This document shows positions 25,888 to 39,119 of a stretch of DNA of 64,000 nucleotides, piece after piece. Below the pieces are notes generated by a model. That model was given only the letters and a program-made list of their open reading frames with translations, had not been told where the DNA came from and searched no databases. This DNA comes from Cyanophora paradoxa CCMP329 (lineage: Eukaryota > Plantae > Glaucophyta): NCBI GenBank assembly GCA_004431415.1, contig QPMI01000049.1:279245-343244 (forward strand). The letters are read 5' to 3'. Each line of letters starts with the position of its first letter. The stretch's first letter is position 1. A program made the translations under genes and the position numbers.

Positions 25888-26854
25888 ATGCAAGCAATGC
25901 CCTGGCCCGACCAGTCGCTCGCGTCCGCCCAGCTTTCCCGTCCCGCAACGCACCGAATAAGCTGACGCCCCTCTTTTGCGCAGCCACGAGTTGGAGAACC
26001 TGCGTCAGAGGCTGCAGATCGCCGAGAAGGAGCGTGACGAGGCGAGGCGAGAGCGCGACGAGGCCCGGAGAGAGCGGGACGATGCGCTGCGCCGGCTGGA
26101 GGCGCAGGACGCCGGAAGGAGGTCATCGGCGAGCTCCGCTCCGCGTGTCCTCGAGTTTGGGGTCCACGCGAGCCCGGCCGCTGCCAGGGATGCACTCTGC
26201 GTTCTGACGCGTGCCGATCCGCGCAGTCGAATGCGGCGCTGGCTGCGGCGCTCGCGAAGGCGGCGGCGCACGCATTGAGGGATCGCGTGGTGCCCGTTGC
26301 GGCTCCGGCGGCCGCCTCCTCGGGCGCGGGGGCGGCCCACGCACCGGCAGCTCGCACAGCCCCGCCCGCGGCGGCCGCCGCGTCGGGCCCGCCCCCAGAG
26401 CGGAATCCGATTGCCGCGCTCCTCGCTTCGGCGCCCGCCCCGCCCCAGCGCCCCCGCCGGCCGCTGCCGGCGCCCTCCTGCCCCGCCCTCGGCCTCCTCC
26501 CGGTGCCCTCCGGGCAGGCCCCGCACCCGCGGCCCCCGACCCTCGCCCAGTCCCTTCTCTCCGACCCCGCCCTCCTGCAGCGCCTACCCCCCAGTCGGGT
26601 ACGCGAATCCGCCCCCCGCCCCCCCCCCCCCCCTCCCGCGCGGGCCGAGCCCGGTACCCCCCGCAGAGACGGGCCCCAAGACGAGCCCGGCGCCCCACGA
26701 GCTGCCGTTCGTGGACGGCGTCTTCGTACCCCCGCCCCCGGCGGCCCCCGCGGCGGAGAAGGCCGCGGCGGCGCCGCGGCGGGGCCAGCTCGGGGACGGG
26801 GGTACGCTGGACAAGGCGACCGTCTCCACGCTGCTATCCTTCATCCGCAAGTAG
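25888..26854 (+). CDS. Hypothetical coiled-coil / Pro-Ala-rich protein, divergent from the p24 gene
   Basis: Exon HELENLRQRLQIAEKERDEARRERDEARRERDDALRRLE. Last exon ends TLDKATVSTLLSFIRK*. Introns in between. Confidence 0.5.
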
Positions 26855-27328
26855 GGCCGGCCGGCCGCCTGCTCGGCCGGATGCTTATGCCGCAGAGTCT
26901 CGCCGCTCGATCGCCCTCGCGGCTTGTACCCGTGTTACGTTCCGTTGGAAATTGATCGTGTCGAATGCCAGATTTTGGCGGGCCCAGGCCCCCAGGCCCA
27001 GAGCGCTTGAGCTAGCCTAGTAGCTTGAGCTTGTGGGGCGGCCGGGCTTCTCGGGCTTGTTAGTCGACAGCAGCCCGCAAAGCTGCCGCTGCGCTCAAGC
27101 AGGCCCAACGGCCGCGCCAGCCCCCGTCTCATACGCATTCGCCCCACCCCGCCCTCCTTCAAGGCTTCCAGGCCCGTGAACTTCACCCTAGTCCCGGCCA
27201 CGCATGCACCCCACGTCGGACCAGAGCTCTTCTGCACTGCAGCGCTTCGCCTGGGAGACCGTGCATTCAATACATCGAAGGCAGCACCTCAAGCCCAGCG
27301 CAGCGCGGGCCGGGCCGGGCCGGGCAAG

Positions 27329-29007
27329 CTAGAAGCGCCAGAGGCGGACGCGCTTGTCCAGGCCGGCGGTGGCCAGCAGCGGGGGCTGCAGCGCTGCGAG
27401 AGTGTGAGATCGAATCGTCTGATCGAATCGCGGGATCGAATCTCGGCGGACGCACCGGGGGGGCTAAAGTCCATCGAGACGATCTCGCCATCGTGGGCGC
27501 GGGGTACGGAGGCGACCAGCCGCGCCTCTGCGGCCGTACCCTGCTCCGCGATCGCGAAAACCTGGAGGCCCGTACCCGTCCCGAGGGCCACGAGCGAGCC
27601 GTCGGCGCTGAGCGCGCAGCGCCGCGCCGCCTCCACCAGCGGCGAGGCGAGCAGGAGCCTCGGGTCCTCTCCGACCTGCGCGGATCGAATCTCGGATCAG
27701 ATTCTAATCCGAATTTGAATTTGAATTTGAAAACATTTGATCCCGCTCGCCTCGTAGCGGACGGCGATGTTCCAGAGGCGCCAGGTCTTGTCTTTGGAGC
27801 ACGTGACCGCGCGGCGCCCGTCAGCGGAGAAACAGACGGCGTAGATTCCTCCCTTGTGGCCCCGGAGCGACATGACGTGCTTCTTCGACGACTGGTAGGC
27901 CCCCTTGCCGAGCCCGACGAGGTGCACGAAGCAGTCGCTGCGGCGAAAGCGCGCTCAGCCCCGGACCGGGAGCCCTCGGAAGCGGTGCGGCGCGTCGGGA
28001 AGCTGACCTAGACCACGTGGCAGCGGCGAAGAAGCGACCGCAGGCGGAGCTCGCGAGGCCGTAGACCTCCATGCTGTTTATCTTGAAGCGTTCCAGCAGA
28101 CCGCCGGCCCCGCCGTAGATGCTCACCTGAGTTCCCGTCAGCGGCATCGATATCTCCGCGCCGGCGGCGGGCCGGGCGCCGCACCTCGTCCACGGCGAGC
28201 GTGATGAAGTACGACGCGTCACCCACGCGTCTGTGGAACATCTGGCGCGCGGATCGGCGGCGCGCGGGGCGGGCGGCGCGGCGCGGCGCGGCGCGGCGGC
28301 GGGCTGAGCGGCGCACCTGCGACGCCTCGATCTTGGATTCGCACGAGAACTCCGCGGTCTGCTTCCCGATCACGGCGTCCGAAACGCCGTACGACGCGAC
28401 CTTCTTCTTCACGCCGTACGCGACGGCGACGGACCGCCCGTCCGTGTTGAAGGCGACGCCTGCGCGCGTGGGAGCGTGCGAGTCAGAAGCCGCCAACGCG
28501 CGCGGACGGTGGGGCGCGGGGGGGCGGCGCGTGCATGTCGGCTGGTCGAGGTCAAGGGCCTGGCGCGTCATCTTGACCTCTGCCTTCGCATCCGCTGCGA
28601 CGCCTCCAACGGAGTAGAGGCGAAGGAAGCGGTCGCTGGAGGCCGTGGCGAGCGTCGACCCGTCGGGGCTCCATGAGAACCCGACGACCTTCGAAGCCGT
28701 CAGCAGGCCGAACCATTGGGCGCGCAGCGCTCTCATCCACCTCGTCGGTGTGCCCTTTCAGCGTGGCAGCTAGCGATTCGATTTTCTCCTCCTTCTTGGG
28801 AGCCCTTGCCTCCTTTTTCGCTGGCTGAAGCTTAGCTGGTGCAGCCGGCGCGGCCGGCTCGGGCTCCGGCGTCGGCTCCGGCGTCGCCGGCTTGCGGGAG
28901 AAGAACACCAGCAGGAGCGTCACGACCATGACCGCGGCGACTGCGCCGGCGATGGCCTGGGCCGACGCGCCCTCGAGCAGGCCGACCAGGCCGTGGCTGT
29001 CGCTCAT
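27329..29007 (-). CDS. TBL2: Transducin beta-like protein 2 (ER-anchored WD40 protein)
   Basis: N-terminal transmembrane segment AIAGAVAAVMVVTLLLVFF. WD40 segments LAATLKGHTDE|VVGFSWSPDGSTLATASSDRFLRLY and LRGHKGGIYAVCFSADGRRAVTCSKDKTWRLWNIAVRYE|VGEDPRLL. C-terminus LATAGLDKRVRLWRF*. Architecture and motifs match TBL2. Confidence 0.85.
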
Positions 29008-29270
29008 TCTCCCGCGCGCACCTCGCTCCCCGCTCCGCGCGCGTCTACAGGTGCCGAAGGCCGCAAGCTACGTATACGCTCTGAAGTGAAGTGAGCCACG
29101 GTACCAGTGTACCCCAAGCAGGCCGCCGAAACTGTACCCAGTTCCTTCGTTCACCTCACTACAGCCGGCGAATCGGAGCCGCCGTTTCCTGCGCGAGTCG
29201 CATGGTTCGAATTCCCGCGCGCGGCGCGGCCGGCGGCCCGGCGCCGCGCATGATGGCAATCATGGCATGC

Positions 29271-29848
29271 ATGCAAGACTCCGCAAGTTTCCGACACCTC
29301 TAAATTATATTAATATTCCGAGCTCCGATTCCTCCGAAGCCTCCGAGCCGGCCGCGGTGGGCGTCGCTGGGCGAGCCAGGGCGACCCCCGGCCCCCGGGC
29401 CCGGCCGCCGGGCCGGGCGCCGCGGGCGAGTCGGCGTCCCGGACTCCCGGGTCCCAGGCGCGGCCGCGGCCGGCGCGCGCCGACGTAGACGGCGGTGCGC
29501 CGCCCGGGCCCGCGGGCCGGGCCGCGCAGGCCTAGGCCAGCAGCACGTGCACGGCAGGCGTCGGCAGCCCTGCAACAGCAGCATTTCTTGATCTAGTCAC
29601 CGGGCCGTGCCGCGCGGCATTATCGGCGGCATATGCAAGACTCCGCAAGCACGCAAGACTCCGCAACTTGGCAAGTTTCCGACTCCTCTAAATTGATATT
29701 CCGAGCCGGTGGGCCCGGGCGGCCCCGGCCGCGGCCGCGGCCGCGCCGGCGGCGGGGAGTCCCGGCGGGGGAGTCCGCCCGGCCGGCGCCGGCGGGTCCC
29801 GCGCGCGGACGCGGCGCGGCCCGGCGCGCGCCGATGTCGACGGCGGTG
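29271..29848 (+). repeat. Two diverged direct copies of a ~220-bp intergenic repeat (29271-29497 and 29633-29848)
   Basis: Shared core ATGCAAGACTCCGCAAG...TTTCCGAC(A/T)CCTCTAAATT...ATATTCCGAGC and shared end GCCGA(C/T)GT(A/C)GACGGCGGTG. Confidence 0.7.
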
Positions 29849-29944
29849 GCCATGCATATGGCCATATGCATGGGCCGCCCGCGGCCGCGGCCATGGGCGG
29901 CAGGCTGAGGCTGAGCTAGGGTTGCCGTGTCCGGCCGCGGATCC

Positions 29945-31550
29945 ATGGACTGCTTAAGCTGGTTAAGCTTTGGGCGTTGCTTCTCTCCTTCTGCGTGCAG
30001 CTCACGACCTTCGTTCGCAGGGCCGCTCCGTGCTCTGCAGCGGCGGCCTCGTCGACGCCATCGCCGCCTGCGGCCACCCCCCGTGCGAACGAAGCGAAGC
30101 GAAGCGAGGCTCCGCTGAGCTTCGTTCGCAGCTCCCTGCGCTTCGAGGAGGCCGCTTCGGTTCGGGAGGAGGGGTACGACGGCCCCGCCCGCGCCCGGCG
30201 GCCCTCCTCGCGGCGGCCCAGGCTAGCCCCGTGAGCGCAACGCGAGCAACGTGATCGGCGTCCCCCCTTTCTCTCTCTCCCTTGCGGTTTGGGGCCGCAG
30301 GGAGGGGGGGCCTCCCGTAGGGGAGCGGGGGCTCAAGCCTTCCCTCAGCTCGGAGAGGACGAGCGCGGCCCCGCGCCGAGTCGGGCGCGTCAGGGGGCGG
30401 GGAGGGGCGCCCCTGGGCGCCCCCGGCCCGCCCCATTGGCAGCGCGCCTCGCCGACGTGCGGCTGCCCGCGCCGCCCGCGCAGGCTGCACCTGTGCCTCG
30501 CGGGGGACTTTGAGGCGGCCGCGGGCCAGCTCGAGGCCGCCGATGCGAGCGAAGCCCGCCCCCGCCGCCCTCCGCTGGCGGGGCGGCGGGCGCCTTCGCA
30601 GCGGAGCGGGCGCTGCAGTCGGTGGCCGTGCCCGAGGCGCGCCAGACCCTCGCCGAGATGGTTCGCCCGCGGGGCGGGGCGCCGAGGGGCCGGCGCAGGG
30701 CGCCGCCGGGTCGCTGAGAAGACGGCGCAGGTGCTGACGATCGACGCGCTAGCGCTGGCGGGGCCCGGCGTGCCCCCCCTCCCGGAGGCCCTCAAGCAAG
30801 ACGCCCTGCAGCTCGCCGGCGCCCGCACCCGAAAGGTGCGAACGAGGTCTCTTAGAAGCTGGAGAAGCTTATGCTGGCGGGGCAGCGCCCGCCGGCGCTC
30901 CCGCGAGCTCGCCTCGTGCACGCCCGGCCCGTCCCCCCCGTCGAGACGACGACCTCCTGCTGCCTCCTCCGCCTCCTCTCCGTCCGCGCCCCGCCCCCTC
31001 TCTCTCCCCCCTAAACTCGGCCTTCGTTCGCAGGGCCGCTTCGTTCGCAGGGCCGCCTCGGGGAGGCGGAGGACCTGGCCCGACGCTCGCTCGCGCTCAT
31101 GTCGCGCGTCGGCGGCCCGCGCGGCGGCCTGTATGTCGCCCGCTGGCGCAGGGCTCGGGCTCTAGAAGGCCTCGCACGCACCCCGCTGACACCGCTGGGT
31201 ACGACTGACGGGGTTGTAAGCGCGGAAACCCCCAGAAGGGCCGCCCCCGGCCCCGCTGACGAGAAGGGCCCCCTCCCGGCCCCTGTGCGCACCAGGGCCG
31301 TCCCCCGGCCTCGCCGAGTCGCTCAGCACAAGGGCCTGCCCCCGGCCCCGCTGATGACAAGGGCCGCCCCGCCCACCCCTCCCCTCCCCTCCCCCCGCCC
31401 GCCGGCCCTCGTCCCCGCGGTCCCCCGTACCCCCGCGGGCCCTCCGGGTCCCCGCCGGCCGCATTCGGCGATGGGTACCCCCCGTCCCATCGGCGCCAAT
31501 GCGGTTTTCCGGGGTCCGAGAGGGCGGCGGGGGGGGGGGGGGTACGCAAA
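29945..31550 (+). CDS. Hypothetical multi-exon helical protein
   Basis: Exon-like segments between introns ending CGCAG: LHLCLAGDFEAAAGQLEAA, VLTIDALALAGPGVPPLPEALKQDALQLA and LGEAEDLARRSLALMSRVGG. No family recognised. Confidence 0.4.
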
Positions 31551-31666
31551 GTGAGCGCCGCCGGAGGCGAGAAGGGCGCGGTCGCCTAGTATCGAAGTAC
31601 AATAAGCTGAAGGCAGTTCGCTAGCCGTTGAACCATGCTCAGTATAACTACTAGTACTAGTACTCG

Positions 31667-33350
31667 CACCATACTACTCAATTCGATATCCTATACTTTT
31701 CGACAAGAAACAAAAAGGAGAAACTAGCTGTGGCTCCCCAACACGAATGCCCAACAAAGACAAGCCGAAAACCGAGCAATGGATGCAGGCGAATCGGAAT
31801 CACGTCGTTTAGATGTGATGGAACAGAGTCGACACGGCTTGAAGGAGGCTCTTTGCTGCCACGATGGCAGCATCCCCATCCGGCACCAGCTTCTTTTCGT
31901 ATACCTTCCATACATCATAGTCAGCGGATTCAAAGAACGTTTGCAAAACCAAGAAAAGAAGAAGCCACTCACGTATGCCGCGATGGCCCCCATCACACAC
32001 ACATCGAGCTTCCGATTGAGATTCCGATCAGATTTTTTGCGATTCTCCTCGTTCGTCACCATCATCTGCAGCATAGCTTCCAACACATCTACGAGGGCGT
32101 CCCCCCGCTTGCCAGAGAAAGCGGAACGCAGCTTCTTGGACCAAAAGACTGGGCGGTTCAGCGGCAGAGATGGCGGAGCGCCAGCTGCGTCCGACTGCGA
32201 ATCCGGCTTGCCTTGATCAGCAGAATCGCCCGCAGACTGCACATCATCGCAATATCAATCCCAAACGTTTTGCAAGCGATAGAAAAGAGATACCTTGACT
32301 AGGAGGCCTTCGTCATGCGAAGAGCTGAATTCGAACAGCCTTTGACGGCCGTACCGCGACGGGGTCTCCGGCGTGCTCGATGTCGCGGGCTTCCGGCGAG
32401 GTGTGATGTTCAGAGAAAACCGCGAGTATACTTGCTGGTGTACTGCAGATCCCTTGCGCATGCCCTGCAGCTGGAGGGAGGATGTCGAGCCCTTCACTCC
32501 GAAGTCGTGGGCTCCACGGATGCCTGCGCGCGACGGCATGCTCAGCCTCAGCCAGACCGAGCAATCTATCCGAAGATTCTCACCGTGCGACACGATCGTC
32601 GGCAAAGCGCTGGAGACAAAGCTCGGGGTAACCGCCGCAAAACTCGAGACCGCACCCCGTGCACGGTCCTGCTGCATAATCTGCGAGTCAAGGTGTATAA
32701 TCAGAGCACAGCAGCAGCATTGCGGCAACGGCAAGCCCAGGGAGACGGCCGGACGGCCCAGGCGGCACAAGCGCTATCAGCGGTGCCGCTAAGCGTTGCC
32801 AGGAGCCGCTGAGCGTTGCCAGCAGTAGCAAGTTGAGAACACTCACTCTGTGGTCTGTGGGAGGAAGAGGAAGTGCAACGCGGGAACGTGTACCCGTACT
32901 ATGGTTCACCCCCCCTGTGCTTTCGACCGGAGTCGCTTGCGGCTCCATCGTGGAACTGCGGCCGCGGAGTTGCTTGGCCACAGGTACGGACCGCGGCTGT
33001 AAGCCATGGGTTGCACTTACGGAGAGAGGTTACGCAGGAATCCGTGCCGACACAGTGGTCGTTGGAGTTCGAGATGTCACGATTGGGTGCGTTGCTTCTC
33101 GAATCGTGAGTGCGTACGCGTTGCGGATTCGCCCGCTCATGTGCGCATGCCCCGCTGACCGCCCTGCGCAGCCGTGTGCGCTCGCTCGTTCCTCGCATCG
33201 GCTCAGCTCGTGTGAGGCCCGCCTTCACGCCCTTCCCGCTCTAAGCGGCGCCCCGCTGACCGCCCTGCGCAGCTTGCCCTGGGCCGGAGCCGTGGACTAG
33301 ATCGAGATGCCGTCTTATAGTCTACGCGACGTCCACTACTATCATAGGTG
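31667..33350 (-). other. Lower-GC island with a hypothetical minus-strand spliced gene; possible non-autonomous CMC-type element
   Basis: Composition shifts at the edges. Coding-like exons include LNRPVFWSKKLRSAFSGKRGDALVDVLEAMLQMM and FESADYDVWKVYEKKLVPDG. Ends are CACC...GGTG, each flanked by CG, but the inverted repeat is only about 4 bp. Confidence 0.35.
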
Positions 33351-34899
33351 CGCAGCTGTCGCCCGGGTGCCGCAGTGCGCGAGATGCGGTGGTGCGGTTC
33401 TTGATGACGCCGCAGCTTGATTCCATTCTGGGGGACGACTTTGGGCCCGCCTTGGAGCCCCCGCCTCCAGGCCCGCCACCTCCTCCCTCCGTGCCCTCCG
33501 CCTCTCCGGCCCGTGCGCGCCGCCCCCCCTCCCCGCCCCTGCATGATCATGATCATGACCAACGATTTTGATCCGCGCGCGCCTCCTAATCATGCCATGA
33601 TGGGCCCTCGCGCGCGCGCGCGCAGCTGGTCGCCGTTTGTTCGATGTACGCTTACTTCATACCCCTCAGGTTTGAATACTTTGATTTGATTGGAGGGCCG
33701 GGCCGGGCCGGGGTGCGCATGGGGCCCCCGGTACCGGTCTGAATCTCGTCCGGTGCCGCCCGCGGCCGCCCGCGCAGCTGAACGCGACACCACCCCACCT
33801 CCGCGTGGACCTCGGCCTCTCGGTCAGATCTCATCTGATCCTGATCCTGATCTGATCTGATCTGATGCCGGCCCCCGCTTCCCTCTCCGCTTGCCTCGCG
33901 GCCGCACGCACAGAACGGCATCTCCCTCGCCCTGACTTCCGTCATCGCCCTCGCGACGGGGTACCCCCGCGAGAGGGAGGTCGGCCTTAATTTGTATTGA
34001 AAAGATATTAATGCATCGGCGTACCCCCCGCGACCGTCGACCGTGACGTGACGCCCGCGCGCCCATGGCCAGGCCTCCCGGCGTTACGCCGCTATCTACG
34101 CGCGGCTCGCGACAGTCGCGCTCGGGGCGGGAACGGGCGGGGCCGGCGCCCGCGCCCGCGACCGCGGCGCTGGCCGGGGGAGGCGTGGTACATCCGCGGC
34201 CGACGGCGCCGCCGTTACCCCCGCCGAGCTGCAGCTGGCCGGCGGCGACGTCGACCGGCTCGCGGCCCGCCGCTTGAGCACCGAATCCGCCGCCGAGCCG
34301 CCCCCGGGCGAGCCCCGCGCTCGCCGCTGGCTCCGCAAGGTGCCGACCCCCAATCGCGGCCCAGCATGTTAATATTGAATTGCTTGAACTTCCTCCCTCC
34401 CGCAGATCACCCTTGCGTTCCCTGACCCGGAAGAGGAGGAGGGATACCGCCGGGTGCGCGGGCCGAGGCCGGGGCCGGGGCCGGGGCCCCGGGCAGGGGC
34501 CGCCGCCCCTGCTGCTGGGGGCCCGTGATGATAATAAATATTCTAATCCGCGCGCATTAATATTTCGCGGAGGATGCGATTGCCTAGGATATATATTAAC
34601 TGATAGATTTCGCGGTCAACCAACAATATCGCGGATATCGATCGGACCGTTGCAATTGGCGCGGCCTCCGCCGGCCAGGGCCCCGGGGCGCCTTAAGCTC
34701 GCAACCACAATCGCGCTAGCGCTGACGAGTGCGGTCTCGCGAGCGGCAGTGGTGCGTGCGGAACGCGCGCAAGCGAACGGTCCTCTACGCCGCCGCCCTT
34801 CTCGTCTCCTTCTCCGTGGTGCGGTACCCCGGCCGACTCCTTCCCTGCACTGCCGATTGCGACCCGCGCGGGGATTTGATTTGAGCGCCGCCCCGCTTG

Positions 34900-36277
34900 G
34901 ACGCAGGTGGCCGTCACGCTCTGGAGCCGGCAGCGACGCTCGCCCGACCCCGGGAAACGCCCCCCGGCTTCTGGCGGGCCTCCTGGGCGGGGGGATACTC
35001 CCCGGCGCCCTCGTCGTTGGCGCCGCTGCCGTACCTCGCCTATGGCGCGCCGTTTTCGCGCGCGGCTGGATGCACCAGGTCCCCCCCCCTCCCCCCCCCC
35101 TCCCCCCCCCCCCTCCTCCCCTCGCTCCCCTTTCCCCTGAATTCTTCTTTATCTTTTAAGCTTCGCCATTAAGCTCATGATCGACTTCGAATTCGATTTC
35201 GGCCTCTGCGCTCAGCGGCGCGCGCGCGCGCCCTCCCATCCGATATCGATGCCCGGCCCGCAGCACGCGACCGCGCTGGCGGTGGTGGCCGCCGAGACCG
35301 CATGCCTCGGCCTCATCGCCGTCCTCCCCGGCGGCCGCCGCAACAAGACCCCCGACGACGGCGCCGTGCGCTATTTTTAGCCGGATCTATTCTTGGCTCA
35401 TGCGGGTGATGACGGGTACGGCCAGATCTGGTGGTCCCTCGTGATCCTCTCCGACGCCGTACCCCTCACCATGGTCACCCTCCGCGTCCGCTTCGCGTGG
35501 TCTGTCCGCGTACCCCTTCCCTCCCCACCCCCTCCCCCCTCCTCGCCCCCCCGCCTTGAGCTTGCGCCCCCGTGGGATGTGCATGCGCAGGGCCCTGGGG
35601 GCGCTGGCGTGCTGCCTGGTGCCCTTCGCGTCGGCGGCCCTCCTCGCGGACCGCGGCGCCCGCATCATCTCCATCTTCGCCCCCTTCACGTGAGCCCGGC
35701 CCGCAACGACGCATCTAAATCCATAGCCAGATTTGCGCCTAGAGCTAAAGCATAATCTTGGGATTCGGCCTTGGTAATCTTGAAATTCATTACTCCAGTT
35801 CATGCCCACGCTTAGCTTCGAAATCCGCTAATCTGATGTGATACGTACGCGTGCAGGGGCCTGGCGGTGGCGGCGTGCCGGGACTCGGAGCGGGAGCGGC
35901 GGCAGCTGTGGCGCGAGCTCGTGGCAGAGGCGGCGGCCCTCCGCACCGCCGCCGCCGCCGCCCGCGCCTCTCCGGGGGCCGAGGGCGAGGGCGAGGGCGG
36001 CCCGAGCGAGGCCTCCGGCTCGAGCGGGCGGGGGGGTACCGGAGGGCCCCTCAACTTCCGCAAGTTCGACTCGCGCATCAAAGTGGCCTCACTGAACCTC
36101 GCCATCGCCGAGATGCAGGCCGAGGCGGTCTCCGGCGGCGGCTCCGGCCGCGCCTCCCGTGCGTCGCGGGCCTCTTCTTCGAACGCGCCCCACGTGCACG
36201 GCCAGCGGCCGGACTCCGGGACGGGCGCCGGCGCAGGCGTCCACGTGCACGCTCATGCCTTGCAATTGCAGCAGTAA
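34900..36277 (+). CDS. Hypothetical multi-pass membrane protein (start not resolved)
   Basis: Hydrophobic exons ALAVVAAETACLGLIAVL, IWWSLVILSDAVPLTMVTL and ALGALACCLVPFASAALL, followed by a soluble tail ending ALQLQQ* at 36277. Confidence 0.55.
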
Positions 36278-36931
36278 TATCGGTCGTAGCGCTGTAGCTG
36301 TAGATAATTCGATAGATTATGATCTTGAGCGCGATAGATTTGGATCTTGAGCGGGACCTTCGGGTCCTTTTCGCCAGCTATTAAAATCCCTCCAGCTTCA
36401 CAGCAGCAATCATTTGAATCATCGTGATCATGGCTTGTAATTGTAGCTAGCGCTATATATATGATATAATGTAGAGATAGCAGTTAGAGCTATGTATTCA
36501 TCATGAGCTCGAGCTCGAGCAGCGCAGTTCACATATCTAGATATTTATATCCATTTATAGGTCACCTTTCATTTTGCGATATCGCGCGCGAATCGACTTT
36601 GCGCATGCAGCTTTATAATTACTCTTCGAATTCCTTTCTTTTTCGCCCATCGGATCATCAGATCAGTCACTGATTATAACGTTAACTGCACTGCGTGCGT
36701 GCAATACTCTGTAGCTGTCAGGTGGATTTCTGAAGTTCTGTTATTCAAACTCTGAATTTCCGATACACGCTAGGCACTGGCTGCTGGACGGCACTCTTGC
36801 GCATCATAGTGGGCAGGCAAGGGAGCAGAGCCGAACCGAAGCAAGAGCGCGCGCGGAGGAAGGCACGTCGAACGAGGCCGAGGGAGGGATTGGGGGGGGG
36901 GGGGGGGGGGGGGGGAGCAAGCTGAAGGGGC

Positions 36932-39119
36932 CTACACGAGGCTGCCGAGGGCCCCCAGGGGCCCGGGCTCTGCCTTCACGTCCACAGGCGGCAGCTCGGG
37001 CGATCCAAGCCCGAAGAGCCCAAAGCCGGCGGGCAGGCCCAGCCCCAAGCCCGTACCCAGAGCGCCCGGGAATGACGGGGACTCGGGCGGGGGGGGCAGG
37101 CCTAGGGGGGGTACGGGCAGGAAGGTGGGCTCGTCGGGGGCGGGGGCCGCGCCGTCGTCGGCGGCCGCCAACGGGGCCGCCGAGCCCTGCGGCGTGTGCG
37201 GGGCCGAGTCCTGGAGGTACTGGGCCAGCTGCGGGGTACGCCGTCAGACATGGGGCGGCGGCGAGAGGGGCGGGGGCACGGCGCGCCTCGCGGGTCACGG
37301 CCTCGCGGATCAGATCGCGGAGCATGTCGGGGGGTATGCCTGCCCCGGCGGGGGCGGGGGCGGCGGCGGCGCGGGGCGCTGGTCGCCGTAGTCCCCCCGA
37401 CGCGGCCGCAGCCGGATCCGCGGTGCGCTTGCGGGCGGCCGGCGCTGCGGCCGCGCGCGGGTGGGCGGCCGCGGCCGGGGAGAAGCGGCGGGCCGCGCGG
37501 CCGCGGACGGGGCGTGGGGTACGTGCATCGAGGAGAAAGATTCGGGGGAGGGGGAGGGGGAGGCGTCGACGTGGGGGTACACGGCGGGGCTGAAGGCGGG
37601 GGCCGGGGGGGAATGGGAGGCGTGGCTGAGAACGGGGGACGGTACGGCGTCGTCATTGGGTACCAGATCGAATCGGTACCCGATGATCGACTCCTGAAAG
37701 AGGGGGAGTTGCCTGCCGCGGGAGGGAAGGGGGAAGATCGGTCAAGGGGTACACGCGTTCAAGAGAGGGGCGGGCGAGGGGGTACGCACTCCTCGATCCA
37801 GGCGAACCGGCCGGCGATCTGCGCTCGGGTACGGCGATGAGACCATGGCGGGAAGGGTAAGAGGCTCGGGGGGTACACCTGCTCGGGGTTCATGACGCCC
37901 ACGATGTTCTTCTCAAGAGCCTCCGAGAACCATCGGTCCTCGCTCTCGAATTCGTCCGCCAGCGACTGCGAAAGAAGCGAGTCGGGGTACCGTCGAAGTC
38001 AGAGGTGCAGGCGGGGTACTGGACGCACGACGACCTCCTCCAGAAGCTCTGCCGGATCGGTGAGGGGGGTACAGGCGGCGGGGCGGGTACGCGCGCACTC
38101 CGCACGCGTCGCTTCGTCTCGAGCATGCGCCGGGTACGCTCCTCGTTCTCCTGCAGGAAGGTGCGGATGTACCCCTTCTGCGCCGGGGCCAGGGGCAGGC
38201 CCTTGTACTTCGGGTTGCTGAACATGTGGTAGATCTGCGTCCGGTACCCCCCTTCAGGACAGTACGAGCGGGTACTCGATTTCGCCCGCGGACACCTCAC
38301 GGTCGATTGGGTCCTCGGGCTCTGCGCGGGGAGGGTACCGGTCTGAGGAGGCGGGGGGTGGGGGCGCGGCGGCGCTGGGGGCAGGGAGGGCGTACCCACG
38401 CCCGCCCTGTCGAGCTCGAGCCATCTCACCATCGTGTGAACGTGTATCTCCTGGATACGGGGCGTCGGCGCTGACGGGGGGAACGAGGCCGGAGGCGGGG
38501 CGGGATTCGAACCGAGAACCCGATGGGGTTGATTATGCGGGGGAGGTTCCGGATGGCGCCGACCACGGACGTCGTCACGCCCCGCCGCGCTGCGGTCGCC
38601 TTCCCTTCAGCTCCGGCCCGCGGCGGGCGCGGCCGGCCGCTTCGGTCGCACCGGCGAGGGCCTTCTGGATGGTTGGGAGCAGCGCTTCTGGGAGGCCTTG
38701 CACGAGGCTCTTCGCCGCAACGCGAATGGATGCCGCCATGTCGTTCGCGAGGCTCGAGACGCCAATGCCCGTCCCGGCCAGCATCCTTCTCAGCTGCTCC
38801 ATCTCCTGCGAACGAGTCCGGTTCGAACGAACGAATCCGAAGAGCCCGCCGGCGGGCGCGGGGCGCGGGGCGCAACGTCCTTGAGGACGGCGTTCTCCTC
38901 AGCCAGTGTCTTCTCTTGCTCCTACCAGGCGTGTCAGCTGCGGAGTCCGGCTCGCGGGAGCGCGGGACGCGTACCTTCTTCTTCTGGCGGAAGCGCCGAC
39001 TCGCCTCGCGAGATTTTACGCGCTGCGGCGGCTCGGGTGAGAACCTCGGCTGCCACGGCGCATGAGGCACGCAGGGCGCTCGCCTTGGCCTCCTCGCGCG
39101 GGTCGCCGCAGTCTGACAT
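36932..39119 (-). CDS. bZIP transcription factor; multi-exon
   Basis: Splicing a GC-AG intron (39023-39083) gives MSDCGDPREEAK|RVKSREASRRFRQKKK, a bZIP basic region. Zipper-like exons follow (EQEKTLAEENAVLK, EMEQLRRML). Pro-rich C-terminus ends GSLV*. Confidence 0.75.
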
